A stretch of 55,961 bases of DNA from Candidatus Saccharimonadales bacterium (GCA_038238095.1 JBBRXZ010000001.1:1-55961); one strand, 5' to 3'. Positions 26,878 to 36,705 are shown, counted from the stretch's first letter. A program made the numbers and translations. The notes: generated from the sequence alone by a model not told the origin.

Positions 26878-27741
26878 ATGAAACCACCAGGTCTTAAAAG
26901 TAAAATATTTTTAGACAGCGGCGATCCGGCCGAAACAAAAGCCATACTTTCTATCCTCGGCTTTTTAGACGGGCAGACCACCAATCCTACTCTAGTCGCC
27001 AGAAATCCATATGCAAGAGGGCGCTTCGAGAAGGGCGAAAGGTTTTCTAAAGTTGATATACTAGACTTCTATAAAAAAGTAGTTAAAGACGTGTCAGAAG
27101 TGATACCAAACGGGTCTGTATCAATTGAAGTCTACGCTGATCGTGCAACCACCGCCGATGAGATGTTAACTCAAGGCAAAGATATGTTCACCTGGATTCC
27201 AAATGCGCATATTAAGTATCCGATAATTTCGTCGGGGCTGTCTGCAGCTGAACAGAGTATTCAAGCCGGTATAAGAGTTAACATGACTCTCTGCTTCACC
27301 CAGCAACAGGCCGCTGCTGTATATGCAGCAACAAAAGGCGCCAAACAAGGTGATGTATTCGTATCGCCATTTGCGGGCCGCCTGGACGACCAAGGTGAAA
27401 ACGGCATGGCTGTGATCGAAAACATAATAAAAATGTACCGCCAAGGCGACGGTCACACTGAAGTGCTGGCCGCAAGCATCCGCAACCTGGACCAATTTAT
27501 GCAGGCACTGGCCCTGGGAGCGGATATAATCACCGCACCATTTACTATTCTCAACGAGTGGGGCAAGGCGGGTATGCCCCTGCCCGGCCAGGATTTTACC
27601 TATGACTCTTCAAGCCTGAAAGACATTGCTTACCAGAAATTAGATCTTGATAAGCCTTGGACTTCTTTTGACATTGCCCATGATCTGACCGACAAAGGCA
27701 TTGAACGTTTCACTGCCGACTGGAACGAACTAATAAGCTAA
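26878..27741 (+). CDS. tal: Transaldolase-family protein
   Basis: FLDSGDP, GQTTNPTL, candidate Schiff-base lysine in HIKYP, SPFAGR. Confidence 0.8.
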   Translation: MKPPGLKSKIFLDSGDPAETKAILSILGFLDGQTTNPTLVARNPYARGRFEKGERFSKVDILDFYKKVVKDVSEVIPNGSVSIEVYADRATTADEMLTQGKDMFTWIPNAHIKYPIISSGLSAAEQSIQAGIRVNMTLCFTQQQAAAVYAATKGAKQGDVFVSPFAGRLDDQGENGMAVIENIIKMYRQGDGHTEVLAASIRNLDQFMQALALGADIITAPFTILNEWGKAGMPLPGQDFTYDSSSLKDIAYQKLDLDKPWTSFDIAHDLTDKGIERFTADWNELIS

Positions 27742-27744
27742 ATT

Positions 27745-28182
27745 ATGAAAGTTATTCTCGCTAAGTCAGACCTGAATATTAAAGATTGTTACTCTATATT
27801 GGTACAGCTTCGGACAACTCTGCCAAAAGAAAAATTTCTCAGTAGTGTTAAAAGACAACAAAAATCCGGATATAAATTAGCGTTTATAAAAGATAATAAT
27901 GAAGTAGTCGCCGTTGCCGGCTTTAGAATTTCCGAGAACCTTGCTTGGGGCAAGTTTATGTATATTGATGATCTGATTACTAACTCCACAAGCCGTTCAA
28001 AAGGCTATGGTAACGCGCTGATGGACTGGCTAGTAGATTACGCAAAGCATGAAAGTTGCAAGGAGCTTCATCTAGATTCTGGTGTGCAACGGTTCAACGC
28101 CCATCGATTTTACCTACGGAAAAGAATGAACATTACTGCTCACCACTTCGCCTTACAACTTGACAATCTCAAGACATCTTAA
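27745..28182 (+). CDS. GNAT-family N-acetyltransferase
   Basis: YIDDLITNSTSRSKGYGNALMDW is the acetyl-CoA-binding R/Q-x-x-G-x-G/A motif. 145 aa. Confidence 0.7.
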   Translation: MKVILAKSDLNIKDCYSILVQLRTTLPKEKFLSSVKRQQKSGYKLAFIKDNNEVVAVAGFRISENLAWGKFMYIDDLITNSTSRSKGYGNALMDWLVDYAKHESCKELHLDSGVQRFNAHRFYLRKRMNITAHHFALQLDNLKTS

Positions 28183-28193
28183 GACTTTTCCAT

Positions 28194-28221
28194 GTCTAAG
28201 TTTCTAAGTCTAAGTTTCTAA
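28194..28221. repeat. Perfect tandem duplication, 2 x 14 bp (gtctaagtttctaa)
   Basis: Read directly. The second copy contains the stop codon of the minus-strand gene ending at 28210. Confidence 0.8.
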
Positions 28222-28794
28222 TGACTCCTCGTAAAGTATTTTCCGGCAGGTATTATAGTCTCCCAGATGACAAATGGCTAATCGCTCGGCCTTAAAACCT
28301 ATTTCTTTGGGGGAATCGACCATTCTACCGATGCCCACCGTTAGATGCGGATAATACTTATCGTAGGCCGATTCTATTGCAAAGCGACGTACGTAGTCTA
28401 AGGATTCTTTACGCACGAGAGAATCATAAAAATATTCCTTTTTAGCGTCGTAAGAAGCAAATGCTTTAAAGTCGTTCATAACCTTGTTGTGAAGTTCCTG
28501 TAGTTGCTTGGTTTTAGCGATTTCAAGCCAAGGGTTGTACTCTTTATCGAGCTTGCCCTTCAGTTCTAGTACACCAAAGTCTGCTGCAATCTCCTTTAAT
28601 CTAGCCACTACACGGACGAGGTTTTTTTCCTCTATTAAGCATTGCGACAAAGTTATGTGCGGCAAACAACTATGTTTATTTAAAACAATTTTCGGGCCAT
28701 ATTGAGCAATCAGTTTTTTGTTAATTGCAATGGCTTCGTCCATTATCTTATCCGGAGGTAAAAGTGCGATATCAATGGCTAGATATTTATTCAT
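28210..28794 (-). CDS. 2H phosphoesterase superfamily protein (LigT / 2'-5' RNA ligase-like)
   Basis: Two H-x-T-x motifs (PHITLS and PHLTVG) at the expected spacing. Confidence 0.55.
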   Translation of the reverse strand: MNKYLAIDIALLPPDKIMDEAIAINKKLIAQYGPKIVLNKHSCLPHITLSQCLIEEKNLVRVVARLKEIAADFGVLELKGKLDKEYNPWLEIAKTKQLQELHNKVMNDFKAFASYDAKKEYFYDSLVRKESLDYVRRFAIESAYDKYYPHLTVGIGRMVDSPKEIGFKAERLAICHLGDYNTCRKILYEESLET

Positions 28795-28803
28795 AAGATT
28801 ACA

Positions 28804-29427
28804 TTAGGACTCATAAATAACATTTAGACACTTGCGAACTTTTGACATATCCAATGTGTCCCCGGTGCGGACGCCGGAAGCTATATCAATGCCGAATGGT
28901 TTTACCTGTTTTAATACATCTGGCAGGTTTTCGGGAGTCAGACCGCCGGCCAGAAATATTTTGCCAGGATTAGCGGCCGTGAGTTCATTAACAAGATCTA
29001 AGCTCACAAGCGGGCCACGGCCTTGAATATGCCTGTCGAGAACAAAAAAGTCAGCCTTAGAGTGATCAACGTATTCCAGGAGTTCAGCAGCAGATTTTTT
29101 AGGGTCGGCAGCCACGGCTTTCATTACCGGCGCTTGCACTTGCTGAATGTAGTCATTTGATTCGCTGCCGTGTAGCTGTATGTAGTTTATACCGAGACGC
29201 TGAGCGTAATCATTGACCATTTCCAGCGGCTGGTCGCGGAACAGGGCTACCGTTTGCAGCTTTGAGCCTTGGGCAACTGTTATAATTGAAAAAGCTTCTT
29301 CCAGCGTTATACAGCGGCCAGATTCAGGCACGAAATTCAAACCTATGTAATCAACTCCGAGCTCAGCTAATTGCCTGGCTTCGTCAGCAGTTTTCACGCC
29401 GCAAATTTTGAGCTTTATTTTACTCAT
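28804..29427 (-). CDS. trpF: Phosphoribosylanthranilate isomerase
   Basis: KLKICGVKT, YIGLNF, QLHG. Operon context. Confidence 0.85.
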   Translation of the reverse strand: MSKIKLKICGVKTADEARQLAELGVDYIGLNFVPESGRCITLEEAFSIITVAQGSKLQTVALFRDQPLEMVNDYAQRLGINYIQLHGSESNDYIQQVQAPVMKAVAADPKKSAAELLEYVDHSKADFFVLDRHIQGRGPLVSLDLVNELTAANPGKIFLAGGLTPENLPDVLKQVKPFGIDIASGVRTGDTLDMSKVRKCLNVIYES

Positions 29428-30433
29428 TGCTCATCAGCTCTTTTAATTTAGCGCTAGCCGCTCCTCCGTTAAGCGTATCTATGGCTAATTTGATTCCATC
29501 TGAAATTGAAGAGGCTTTGCCGGACACGTAAAACCCCAGACCGGCATTAAATACAATAATGCGTTTATGAGCATCCAAGGCGTCAGCCGGCTGCAAATCG
29601 TTAATGATCATCTTGGCATTTTCAGAAGGATCACCACCCTTAATTTCCGACAATGGAGCAGGCGCTAAACCGTAATCATCGGCATTCAGACTTAAGGGCG
29701 TTATAACTTCTCTTTTAACCTCAAAAGCTTGTACAGGTGCGATCAGACTCGCCTCATCCAGTCCATCTTCACTGAAGAGTACTATAACGTGCTGATAATT
29801 CATTTGAGCTACGACATCCGCCAGTAATTTAGCGTTTTCGACACTAAAAGTGCCGATTACCTGCCGGCGGACATCGGCGGGGTTCAACAATGGACCGAGC
29901 AAATTAAAAACTGTTGGAAAGCCAAGTTGTTTACGTACTATTGCCAGTTTTTTCAATGAAGGATGATACAGGGGCGCGAACAAGAAAACAAACTTATGCT
30001 CGGCTAAATAGCTAACCGCAGTTTCCGGTGCTAAGTCCACCGGCACGCCAAGCTCTTCAAGCACATCTGCACTGCCGCACTTGCTGGTGGCAGCGCGGTT
30101 GCCATGTTTGGCTACGCTCACATCGCCGGCTGCCAGTAGTATGGCAGCGGCGGTTGATATATTAAATGTGCCGGCTTTGTCGCCGCCTGTGCCGCACACA
30201 TCAATAGCATCTGCTGCGGTCTCTACGTGAATCATCCTTGCCCGCATACTATCGACGAAGCCGCTGATTTCATCTACAGTTGCTTTCTTCTTGGTGAGCG
30301 ACGTAATGACTTCGGCAATTTTGGCATCATCCAAAGTTGCGTCATCAAGAATAAAGCCCAGGAATTCTGCCGCTTGCATACGACTTAAATTACGGCCGTT
30401 ATTAATTGTGTTTAGATAATCTTCAAAACTCAT
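29420..30433 (-). CDS. trpD: Anthranilate phosphoribosyltransferase
   Basis: DVCGTGGDKAGTFNISTAAA, AKHGNRA, PTVFNLLGPL. Confidence 0.9.
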   Translation of the reverse strand: MSFEDYLNTINNGRNLSRMQAAEFLGFILDDATLDDAKIAEVITSLTKKKATVDEISGFVDSMRARMIHVETAADAIDVCGTGGDKAGTFNISTAAAILLAAGDVSVAKHGNRAATSKCGSADVLEELGVPVDLAPETAVSYLAEHKFVFLFAPLYHPSLKKLAIVRKQLGFPTVFNLLGPLLNPADVRRQVIGTFSVENAKLLADVVAQMNYQHVIVLFSEDGLDEASLIAPVQAFEVKREVITPLSLNADDYGLAPAPLSEIKGGDPSENAKMIINDLQPADALDAHKRIIVFNAGLGFYVSGKASSISDGIKLAIDTLNGGAASAKLKELMSNE

Positions 30434-31014
30434 TTTATATGCTCCTTTAAAAAATTTCCTAGAATTGTCTTGCCTGTATCCGTCCGGAATGACTCAGGAT
30501 GGAACTGCAAGCCAAAAGTCGGATAATCACGGTGATGGAATGCCATAATAGATCCATCATTGGCCACAGCGTCTATAACAAGTTCACTGGGCAAAGTAGC
30601 CTTGTCTACAACCAAAGAATGATAGCGCATAGCTGTAATTTCATTTGGCAAATTCTTCATGATACCCTTGCTGCTGTGTGAAAACGTGCTGGTTTTACCG
30701 TGCATAATTATCGGCGCTTTAACCACGGAACCACCAAAAGCAGCCCCGATTCCCTGATGCCCCAGACAAATACCTAGCACAGGATATTTTTTATAGAACT
30801 CCTTAATAACTTGACCGGTTTTACCAAAATAGGCGGGGTCGGTCGGATCGCCAGGGCCAGGCGATATGACGATATGGGTGAATTCGTCGTCCCTTATACG
30901 CTCCAGCGGTATCTCGTTATTACGGAAAACGTTGACTTGATCCGCTAATTCACCAAGATATTGATATAAATTGAACGTAAAGGAATCAAAGTTATCTATG
31001 AGTAGTACTTTCAT
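30430..31014 (-). CDS. trpG: Anthranilate synthase component II (glutamine amidotransferase)
   Basis: PVLGICLGHQ, RYHSL, FGLQFHPES. Confidence 0.9.
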   Translation of the reverse strand: MKVLLIDNFDSFTFNLYQYLGELADQVNVFRNNEIPLERIRDDEFTHIVISPGPGDPTDPAYFGKTGQVIKEFYKKYPVLGICLGHQGIGAAFGGSVVKAPIIMHGKTSTFSHSSKGIMKNLPNEITAMRYHSLVVDKATLPSELVIDAVANDGSIMAFHHRDYPTFGLQFHPESFRTDTGKTILGNFLKEHIK

Positions 31015-32354
31015 GATAAGTCTCCTGCCAAAAATGGCTCCATGGCATGGTCCATGGCGGCCTTTTTGTTGCTGATCTCTTCATACTCTCTCAGGGCTTC
31101 GGAATCGTATACTATTCCCGAGCCAGAGTGCAGCAACAATTTGCTGCCCACTGCAGTCACTGAGCGAAGGTTCGTAGCATGCATAGAGTCGCCGTTATAG
31201 CTAAAATAGCCAATCGTACCACCGAAAGTACCGCGCTCGTAACCTTCTAGTTCCCGGATCATTTTAATAGCCTCGACCTTCGGTGCTCCGCTTAATGTCC
31301 CGCACGGAAAGCTGGCTGCCACAGCATCGAAGGCGTCACGTCCCGCCTCTAGTTTACCTGAGACAAGTGAGCAGATGTGCTGCACGTGACTTAACTTCTT
31401 AACGTACATTAGCGCCTCTATTTTAACCGATCCGATCTTGCAAATCCGCCCGGCGTCATTACGGGCTAAATCAACCAGCATGCTATGTTCGGCTATCTCT
31501 TTTTCATCCTGCAATAGCTTGTCCGCCAGACTGGTGTCTTCCTCGGCTGTTTTCCCTCTATGAATGGTACCAGCCAGAGCCTCAAGATAGATATTGCCGT
31601 TCGGCTTGGTATGCACCAACATTTCCGGGCTGGCCCCCAGCGTTATGACATTGCCAAATTTTATAAAAAACATGAAAGGCGAAGGGTTAATCCGCCGCAG
31701 TTCTTTATACAGCTTGAGCAAATTGCCTTCAAAGCTATACTCATATTTGTTGGCCAGCACCACCTGAAAAACGCGGCCATTCTGTATATCGGCGCGCGCT
31801 TTATCAATCATCTGGCTGTAGGCAGCAACCTCTTTAGCAGCACCCAAAAAATTTATTTTTAGCTCGCTCTCATCAAGAGCCTGCGTATGATGGTACAAAT
31901 CGGAACGATCATTATCAGAGTAAAAATAATCCGGCGCTTGGCCAGGACGAAAGAGTAGTCCGTCGTTATATTTGGCAAACTCAAAGTCGTAGAAATCGCG
32001 CTTATATGGAAAGTTAAGGCTCGGCTCGAAGTAATGAATAGCCTCGTGCGAGAAGTAGCCCACCAGGCCGCCGATAAAACCAGCTGGCAAGGATTTATCG
32101 AAAGTAATTTGCTGGCGAAGTGAGTCGTATGGATTAGTAGTTTTCTGTTCCTCTCCATCAACAAAAAATACATCTTTGCGGGCTGCAAAAATATGTTCCG
32201 GGGCTATGCCAATGTAGCTCTGGCTGCTGGTTTGCGGTTGATATTTGTCGGCCAGGGTCTCCAGCAAGAAGCAGTACTCATTCGTGGCAGCCAGCTGTTC
32301 AAAAACGACAAGCGGGTCATGGCTCAAATCTGTGGGTTGAATTTGAAATTTCAT
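31011..32354 (-). CDS. trpE: Anthranilate synthase component I
   Basis: SPEMLV, HSMLVDLARND, FPCGTLSGAPK, ERGTFGG. Confidence 0.9.
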   Translation of the reverse strand: MKFQIQPTDLSHDPLVVFEQLAATNEYCFLLETLADKYQPQTSSQSYIGIAPEHIFAARKDVFFVDGEEQKTTNPYDSLRQQITFDKSLPAGFIGGLVGYFSHEAIHYFEPSLNFPYKRDFYDFEFAKYNDGLLFRPGQAPDYFYSDNDRSDLYHHTQALDESELKINFLGAAKEVAAYSQMIDKARADIQNGRVFQVVLANKYEYSFEGNLLKLYKELRRINPSPFMFFIKFGNVITLGASPEMLVHTKPNGNIYLEALAGTIHRGKTAEEDTSLADKLLQDEKEIAEHSMLVDLARNDAGRICKIGSVKIEALMYVKKLSHVQHICSLVSGKLEAGRDAFDAVAASFPCGTLSGAPKVEAIKMIRELEGYERGTFGGTIGYFSYNGDSMHATNLRSVTAVGSKLLLHSGSGIVYDSEALREYEEISNKKAAMDHAMEPFLAGDLS

Positions 32355-32358
32355 AAGT

Positions 32359-33102
32359 CTATTTGGCGCTAACTAAGGACTGGACGTAAGCCAGCGTTCC
32401 TTTTACACCTGAAGATTGAAACCGCTTTATCACCGCACTGCCTACCACGGCAATATCACCTATTGCCAGCACTTCTTTTACGTCTTTCGCGGAGTTAACC
32501 CCAAAGCCAACCATTATTTTTGCGTTAGATAAATTTTTAATCCGAACGACTAACTGCTTTAGCTGCTCCGCCGGAGCATATTTATTACCGGTTATACCCT
32601 TAGTGCTCGTAACATAAATAGTGGGCGGGTTCAGTGCCAACAGAGCTTGCATACGATCTGCGACCATGCCCGGGCTTAAGACTGGCAGAAGTTCCAGCTT
32701 GAATTCTTTGCTCGACTTTCTGAGGTCTGAAAATTCCTTGCTGTCGTATGGCAGATCCGGAATGATGAGACCCTTTGCCTGGCACTCCGCAACTTGTTTG
32801 CAAAATTCTTTTAGGCCAAAGTGACTTAGTTTCTGCAGGTAACTCATTATATAGAGGTCGGTAGTTAAACCTTCCCGGCGGGCTTTTTTGATCAGCTCAA
32901 AGCTGGCAGCAGTGGTCATGCCGTTCTGTAGAGCCACGTCATTAGCGTGCATAATCGTTTCCCCGTCGGCAATCGGGTCCGAAAAAGGTATTTGTACTTC
33001 TATGGCCGAGACGCCGCAGTCTTGCATACCGAGCATTAGCTGCAAACACTCTTCTTGGCTGGGATAGCCGGCGACTACATGGCACATTAGCATTCTATGC
33101 AT
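32359..33102 (-). CDS. trpA: Tryptophan synthase alpha chain
   Basis: IEVQIPFSDPIADG, VGFGV. 8-nt overlap with trpB. Confidence 0.85.
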   Translation of the reverse strand: MHRMLMCHVVAGYPSQEECLQLMLGMQDCGVSAIEVQIPFSDPIADGETIMHANDVALQNGMTTAASFELIKKARREGLTTDLYIMSYLQKLSHFGLKEFCKQVAECQAKGLIIPDLPYDSKEFSDLRKSSKEFKLELLPVLSPGMVADRMQALLALNPPTIYVTSTKGITGNKYAPAEQLKQLVVRIKNLSNAKIMVGFGVNSAKDVKEVLAIGDIAVVGSAVIKRFQSSGVKGTLAYVQSLVSAK

Positions 33103-34297
33103 AGCCGGAAACCTCTTGAATTAAGAATTCTTTAAATTGCTTAGGGCTAAAATGTTTGGCAATCGTAAACAGATCTTTATCGCCCCGCCCTGACACATTT
33201 ACAACAACAATCTTGGTTTTTGGGAGCTTTTTAGCGAGCTTAACCGCGTAGGCTACCGCATGAGCAGACTCCAGGGCCGGTATAATGCCTTCACAACTTG
33301 CCAGAGTCTGGACTGCCTTCAAAGCCTCACTATCACTGGCCCGCTCAAACTGCACCCGGCCGCTGTCGGCCAGCTGCGCCAGCTCCGGCCCAATGCCGAC
33401 ATAATCAAGGCCGGCTGCAATGCTGCTAGTGGGAGCCATATTGCCATCCACGTCTTGCAGGAAATACGATTTGTAACCTTCCATGATGCCCACCTTTGCA
33501 TCAGGGAAACGAGAAGCATGTTTACCGAGTCTTTTGCCGCTGCCACCAGCTTCTACGCCAATCAGCTCCACTTCTGAATTATTCAAAAATGTATGAAAAG
33601 TGCCCATGGCGTTACTGCCGCCGCCGACGCATGCTACTACATAATCAGGCAAACGCCCAAGCTGGGTTTTAATTTCCCGGCCAATTATGGCCTGAAAATC
33701 ACGGTTCATGCGCGGATAAGGGTCCGGCCCTAAGCATGAACCAATAATATAATGCGTATTATCGGTATTTTGTAACCAATCGCGAATAGTGGCGCTGACG
33801 GCGTCCTTCAGGGTCCTGGCACCATACTTTACCGCAACAACTTCTGCACCGAGCAGCTCCATCATCACCACATTGGGACGTTGGCGCCTCATATCAATTT
33901 CACCCATGTAAATGGTACACTCGAAACCGAATTTAGCGGCTACTGTCGCCGTAGCTAAGCCGTGTTGGCCGGCACCGGTCTCCGCAATCAAGCGTTTTTT
34001 GCCTAAGTGCTTGGCGACCAGCGCCTGGCCTAGGCAATGATTGATCTTATGCGCGCCGGTGTGGTTAAGGCCTTCATTTTTTAGATACAAACGCGCCCCG
34101 CCAATTTCTTTGGTTAAATTTTCAGCATAGACTAGGGGCGTGGGACGGCTGTTGTATTCAGTCTGCAATTTCTGCAGTTCGTCTTTAAATTGTTTGGTGT
34201 TTTTTAATTTATCATAAGTAGCGGCTAGAGTTTCCAGTTCACCTTGCAACATCTCCGGCACGTAACGGCCGCCATAGTCGCCAAAATAGCCGTTCAT
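33095..34297 (-). CDS. trpB: Tryptophan synthase beta chain
   Basis: LKNEGLNHTGAHKINH, ETGAGQHG, GGGSNAMG. Confidence 0.9.
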   Translation of the reverse strand: MNGYFGDYGGRYVPEMLQGELETLAATYDKLKNTKQFKDELQKLQTEYNSRPTPLVYAENLTKEIGGARLYLKNEGLNHTGAHKINHCLGQALVAKHLGKKRLIAETGAGQHGLATATVAAKFGFECTIYMGEIDMRRQRPNVVMMELLGAEVVAVKYGARTLKDAVSATIRDWLQNTDNTHYIIGSCLGPDPYPRMNRDFQAIIGREIKTQLGRLPDYVVACVGGGSNAMGTFHTFLNNSEVELIGVEAGGSGKRLGKHASRFPDAKVGIMEGYKSYFLQDVDGNMAPTSSIAAGLDYVGIGPELAQLADSGRVQFERASDSEALKAVQTLASCEGIIPALESAHAVAYAVKLAKKLPKTKIVVVNVSGRGDKDLFTIAKHFSPKQFKEFLIQEVSGYA

Positions 34298-35127
34298 TTC
34301 TGTCTCCCTGACGTTGGTGTGGTAGACGGTGTGACAATTTTTTTGATAGCTTTGCCAATGTCTTTAGATGACATAAAGTGACTGCCGATAAGCACAGCAT
34401 CACAGTAAGTAAAAATCTCGTTAAGATATTCCGGATTATCGATACCTGATTCTGCCACCCGGGCATAGGAGTCGTCTAATTTGCGTAGGAGTTCGTGCTT
34501 CTTTATGTCTATCTTAAAGTTTTTTAAATCCCGGCTATTAACCCCTATGCAACGGGCTTTGGTAGCTGTAGCAAGTTCTAGTTCATGCTTGTTATGGACC
34601 TCGATGAGCGGCTCTATGCCAATCGACTGCCCCAGGTCAACCAAGGCTTGAAGCTCGTCGATATTAAAAAGTGAGGCGATCAAAAGAAAGGCGTGGGCGC
34701 CCAGCGCTTTGGATTCCAATATTTGATACGGGTCGAAGATGAAATCTTTTCTTAGAAGCGGTTTGTTGTGGGTATTGTTTGCGGCAAAAAACTCTAACGT
34801 TTCTTCGCTGCCATGAAAATATTGCCTCTCGGTTATAACCGAAATGGCTACGACATTTTTAGCGGTCTGATAAGCCTCATTGATCTCAGCCACGTCAAAA
34901 GGCTCACGTAAGTTCCCGCCACTCGGTGAGGCTTTTTTAACTTCTGCGATGACTTTACGACCCGGCTTAGCATTCTTAAGTACATCATAAAAACCGGGAG
35001 CGCTTGATGGCGGTCTATCGGCTAAATCCTGCTCTAATTTAGCTAATGGCACATACATTTTCCTGTCCCGCAAATAGAGCTTTTTAGCAATGATAATTTG
35101 ATCTAATATGGTCTTGGTTTTTATCAT
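34294..35127 (-). CDS. trpC: Indole-3-glycerol-phosphate synthase
   Basis: VIAEVKKASPS, LRKDFI, GVNSRDL. Confidence 0.85.
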   Translation of the reverse strand: MIKTKTILDQIIIAKKLYLRDRKMYVPLAKLEQDLADRPPSSAPGFYDVLKNAKPGRKVIAEVKKASPSGGNLREPFDVAEINEAYQTAKNVVAISVITERQYFHGSEETLEFFAANNTHNKPLLRKDFIFDPYQILESKALGAHAFLLIASLFNIDELQALVDLGQSIGIEPLIEVHNKHELELATATKARCIGVNSRDLKNFKIDIKKHELLRKLDDSYARVAESGIDNPEYLNEIFTYCDAVLIGSHFMSSKDIGKAIKKIVTPSTTPTSGRQK

Positions 35128-35381
35128 CTTTTGCCTCTCAAAACTTTGAATCTACCTTGTGCCAGTTCTTTGGAGCCGCGGGTAACGGTAGCCACACCCA
35201 CACCGAGGTCCGCGGCAATTTTGTGTTGCGGTTCACCATTTATAAGCCGCTTAATTATTGCTACTCTTTGCACAAACTCCTCGCGTTCTTTGGACGAAGT
35301 CAAGCCCATTAGCAGGTTCTCGAGCAATGCTTTGTCCCGAGTGGTATAAATAAGATCAATAATATCAACGAAATTTGACAT
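35124..35381 (-). CDS. trpR: TrpR-family (Trp repressor-like) HTH protein, first gene of the trp operon
   Basis: LTSSKEREEFVQRVAIIKRLINGEPQHKIAADLGVGVATVTRGSKEL parallels remembered E. coli TrpR (...ELGAGIATITRGSNSLK). 4-nt overlap with trpC. Confidence 0.7.
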   Translation of the reverse strand: MSNFVDIIDLIYTTRDKALLENLLMGLTSSKEREEFVQRVAIIKRLINGEPQHKIAADLGVGVATVTRGSKELAQGRFKVLRGKR

Positions 35382-35391
35382 AATTCCATTA

Positions 35392-35410
35392 ATACTAGCA
35401 TACTAGTATG
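35392..35410. promoter_or_regulatory. TrpR-type operator candidate: ATACTAGCATACTAGTATG (two CTAG cores 8 bp apart; CATACTAGTATG is a perfect palindrome)
   Basis: Lies 11-30 nt upstream of the trpR-like ATG, between a TTGACA (35417..35422, minus strand) and the start codon. 13/18 match to the remembered E. coli trp operator GTACTAGTTAACTAGTAC. Confidence 0.45.
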
Positions 35411-35432
35411 TTATATGTCAAGGTTATATTTA

Positions 35433-36689
35433 TTAATTTTCCGTTTTACGTCGGCGGGCGGCTGCCTCGGCCAACATAGCCAGCATCTCATCAGTATCAT
35501 CTAAACCAGCACATTCGTCCGTGATGCTCTGGCCATAAATAAGTTCGCTGGCCGGCTTGAACTTGCCGTCGGCGTTTTTCTGCTTTTGGGCGCCGGCCAC
35601 TAGATTGCTCTCGACCATAACTCCTACAATTGCCGTTTCGCCCCCGGCAACCTGCCTGGAAACGTCTTTGATCACTTCTATTTGTTTATCTGCCTGTTTG
35701 CCGCTATTGCCGTGAGAGGCATCAATTATGATCGACTCCTGCAGTCCGTATTTATTGAGCAACTGCTTAAGTTGGGCCACATGTTCGGCTGAATAATTTG
35801 GTCCATCCTGGCCACCGCGCAGTATGACATGGCCCGTCTCATTACCGGTGGTATTGATCTGGCTAATCACACCGTCTGTACTCATACCTAAGAAAGCATG
35901 CTCAGATTGGGCCGAGCGTACAGCTTGGACAGCCGAGAGCAAGCTACCCTCAGGGGTATTTTTAAAACCAACCGGCGAGGAAGTCCCTGAAGCGTACTCC
36001 CTGGATTTCTGGTCAGTAGTATTACGGGCACCAATGGCATCATAAGCCACCAGGCCATTCAGGTACTGAGGCGTTAGGGCGTTTAGGCGCTCCATGGCGA
36101 TCGGCACACCCAAGTTAGTGATCCGGCCGGACAGCAAACGCGTTAACACCAGGCCCAGATTTATATCCTCTGATCCGTCGAGAAGAGGGTCATATACCAA
36201 CCCCTTCCAATCCTTTTCCGTACGCGGCTTTTCCATATAGGCGCGCATAATGATCTCTAGATCAGAGCCATATTTATCTCTCCATTGTTTAACCTTTTCG
36301 GCATATTCAAGGGCCGATGTGGGATCATGTATAGAACATGGCCCGACAATCACAATCAGCCGGTCATCTTTTTTCGCTAAGATATCGATAATCCTTTTGC
36401 GGCTTTGTTCAGTCGTTTTGGCGGATTTTTCAGTAGTGCGTAATATATCTGCCAATGCTTCAGGTGTAATAACCGGGGTTTTTTTCATGATTCTGGAATC
36501 GACTATATAAGCCGCATCGACAGTATTTACCTTATCGTAACCAAGTTTTTCGCGCAGGCCACTCATCTGCACCGAGCGAGCCGCGGTAGCGGCGCGGGTA
36601 ACTTCTACTTCAACCTTTAATAGCTCATTCTTGATTCGCTCAGACTCTTGCATAAGATCTGATGGTGGCAAGTCTATGGCTGGGGACAT
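35433..36689 (-). CDS. aroG: 3-deoxy-7-phosphoheptulonate (DAHP) synthase, class I-alpha type, with N-terminal extension
   Basis: IVIVGPCSIHDP, KPRT, IIDASHGNS, C-terminal SITDECAGLDDTDEML. Start set at ATG 36689 (AAGGA 9 nt upstream). The tracked start 36860 is a TTG inside a promoter-like sequence. Confidence 0.85.
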   Translation of the reverse strand: MSPAIDLPPSDLMQESERIKNELLKVEVEVTRAATAARSVQMSGLREKLGYDKVNTVDAAYIVDSRIMKKTPVITPEALADILRTTEKSAKTTEQSRKRIIDILAKKDDRLIVIVGPCSIHDPTSALEYAEKVKQWRDKYGSDLEIIMRAYMEKPRTEKDWKGLVYDPLLDGSEDINLGLVLTRLLSGRITNLGVPIAMERLNALTPQYLNGLVAYDAIGARNTTDQKSREYASGTSSPVGFKNTPEGSLLSAVQAVRSAQSEHAFLGMSTDGVISQINTTGNETGHVILRGGQDGPNYSAEHVAQLKQLLNKYGLQESIIIDASHGNSGKQADKQIEVIKDVSRQVAGGETAIVGVMVESNLVAGAQKQKNADGKFKPASELIYGQSITDECAGLDDTDEMLAMLAEAAARRRKTEN

Positions 36690-36705
36690 AATTTTTTCCT
36701 TTACT

